From Octopus sinensis (taxonomy: Eukaryota), in assembly GCF_006345805.1 (NCBI RefSeq), contig NC_043015.1:14508001-14572000 (forward strand): DNA of 64,000 nucleotides. The letters are read 5' to 3'. A program made the position numbers and the translations under genes. How positions within the stretch are numbered: the stretch's first letter is position 1; each line of letters starts with the position of its first letter. Under the pieces are notes generated by a model. That model was not told the DNA's origin. It was given only the letters and a program-made list of their open reading frames with translations, and did no database searches. This document shows positions 62,290 to 64,000 of this stretch, in pieces.

Positions 62290-63363
62290 CAGGATGTTCA
62301 GGCTAAATTTGACAGTTTGCACAAAGGAAAAGAAAACACAATACTCCATTCAAAAATAAAAGTATTTTTTAAAAGATCGAAAAGTGTCACCTAGATTATG
62401 GCTGGGAGATAATAAATTACACAAAGCAGCCACCCTCAGCTTCTACCACAGTAGCAAGATGGCTCTGTATTTCTAGGAAGGTCTTCAAACTCTTCCTTCA
62501 TTTGGCCACTAGCTCAGCCTTAGTGTTGCAGGTGTCTTTCTCAGCCATACCCCAAACATAGAAATCCATGGGATTATAATTGGGGGAAATAGGAGATCAG
62601 AAATTGGGGCTGTTGAAGTTGTAGAAAATCTCTGACAACCACTTCTGGCACTTTCTGATTTCTTTACTGCCCACAAGGGGCTACACAGAGGGGACAAACA
62701 AGGACAGACAAATGAATTAAGTTGATTACATCGACCCCAGAGCATGACTAGTACTTATTGAATCGACCCCGAAAGGATGAAAGGCAAAGTCGACCTCGGT
62801 GGAATTTGAACTTAGAACGTAGCAGCAGACGAAATACTGCTAAGTATTTCACCTGGTGTGCTAATGTTTCTGCCAGTTCACCACCTTCTGGCATTTTCTG
62901 GAGGTATGGCAATGAGCCAAATCCTGCTGCCACACACATAACCTTCTAGCAGCAACCCTCTCCAGTCAGGAATTGACCACAGTCTCCAACAGCTTTATGA
63001 AGCTGTCTGAATTGAATCTTGGGCCCTGTTCATCAGTTGTTGAATGAATTATGGTATATGGATGCAGTCAGAATAACTGCCATGTCCCTTCATGCTGGCC
63101 ACAGCTTTGTAGTCTCCACTACAGTTGTCCCTGTCTTGTCTACTAGTCTTTATAGTATCCACAGAACACTGATCAGCAGTCATGGTGTCAGCATTTTGGT
63201 ACCTGGCACAAATCATCACAGATTCAGATGGCTTCCAATCCTCCATGTCAGCAAACTTTTTCTCAAAAATAATTTTAATCTTTATATCGACTGTTCACTA
63301 ACATATAAAGCTATTCCTGAAAAAAGAAGTAAAAAAATTGTAAAATTTAACTAGAACAGCCTG
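62290..63363 (-). mobile_element. Tc1/mariner (maT/DD37D-like) deletion derivative interrupted by a SINE (62658-62887)
   Basis: TA-flanked TIRs CAGG(A/C)TGTTC..G.TAAATTT; peptides WQQDLAHCHTSRKCQKWLSE and SPNYNPMDFYVWG; SINE TSD ctggca(c/t)tttctg. Confidence 0.85.
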
Positions 63364-64000
63364 TATTTGTTGGCATAGAGAGAGTTATTTAAAATTTAAT
63401 TCCAAAACATATTGCCTGGAAAGGGTATTTAACCTTAAATTATGGATATGCACCCTCTCATATCCTGCTATCTATGATCCCCACCCTTTTTTTGTCACTC
63501 ACTATATTCATCCCTACATACCTCTGGCCTCCAGCTCTATCATTGTGTATCCCTCTATCTCCCTCCACACTTCACGTCTCCCTGTTTTTCATTTATCTGC
63601 TATTTTATTGTACTTCTGCTCTGCCCACCACCCTTTTTGTACAGCTACCGTCTCCCTGATCCACTCCTACTTCTCTCACCTTTCCTTCAAACTGATTTTA
63701 ACTTTTGATTCTCAGATTTCTATATTAGGGTTAACTTGGAGTAAATATCAACAACAATATGAATGAAATCCCAAAATTAAATTCAATGACAATTCTTAAA
63801 AATATCCTTCAAACAGTTAAGAGAACTTGTTTTCAGCACTGTTGGTAAATCATTTAGTTGTCTCAGTCAGCTGAGACTACAAAGGGAGATGTGTGGTATT
63901 ATGTTTCTGAAGATTTTAATAAAGCACATAAAGTATAAAGAAAAAAAAAAAACATCCAGTTCTCTCCTGTGTGCAAGCAGTAAAGATCCATCTCATTAGT

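Overview
AT-rich, microsatellite- and transposon-dense eukaryotic genomic DNA. The SINE/RTE repeat landscape looks like an octopod cephalopod (inference). One host gene is present: a + strand TM9SF2 orthologue, with 16 coding exons reconstructed by hand (4126-50356, 1759 nt, 585 full codons plus stop, consistent phases). Its 5' exons lie upstream of the window and its last intron uses a GC donor. Introns and the downstream region are filled with RTE and R4/Dong-like LINE fragments, tRNA-derived SINEs, mariner/Tc1/maT/pogo/piggyBac relics, Helitron-like elements and long palindromes. The most interesting object is an antisense Neptune-type Penelope-like element (PLE, about 42133-48002) in the largest 3' intron. 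(i) Both terminal direct repeats carry an identical minimal type I hammerhead ribozyme candidate with a compensatory U3-A8 core (UUGAAAA instead of CUGANGA) and a palindromic AGCGCU stem III; the two copies are 5158 nt apart. (ii) Its roughly 530-codon ORF1 is joined to the RT-GIY-YIG ORF by a U UUU UUA heptamer in exactly the -1 frameshift register. A second notable item is a 213-bp substitution-free copy of local DNA inside a Helitron-like element. No CRISPR, rRNA or bona fide tRNA gene was found.
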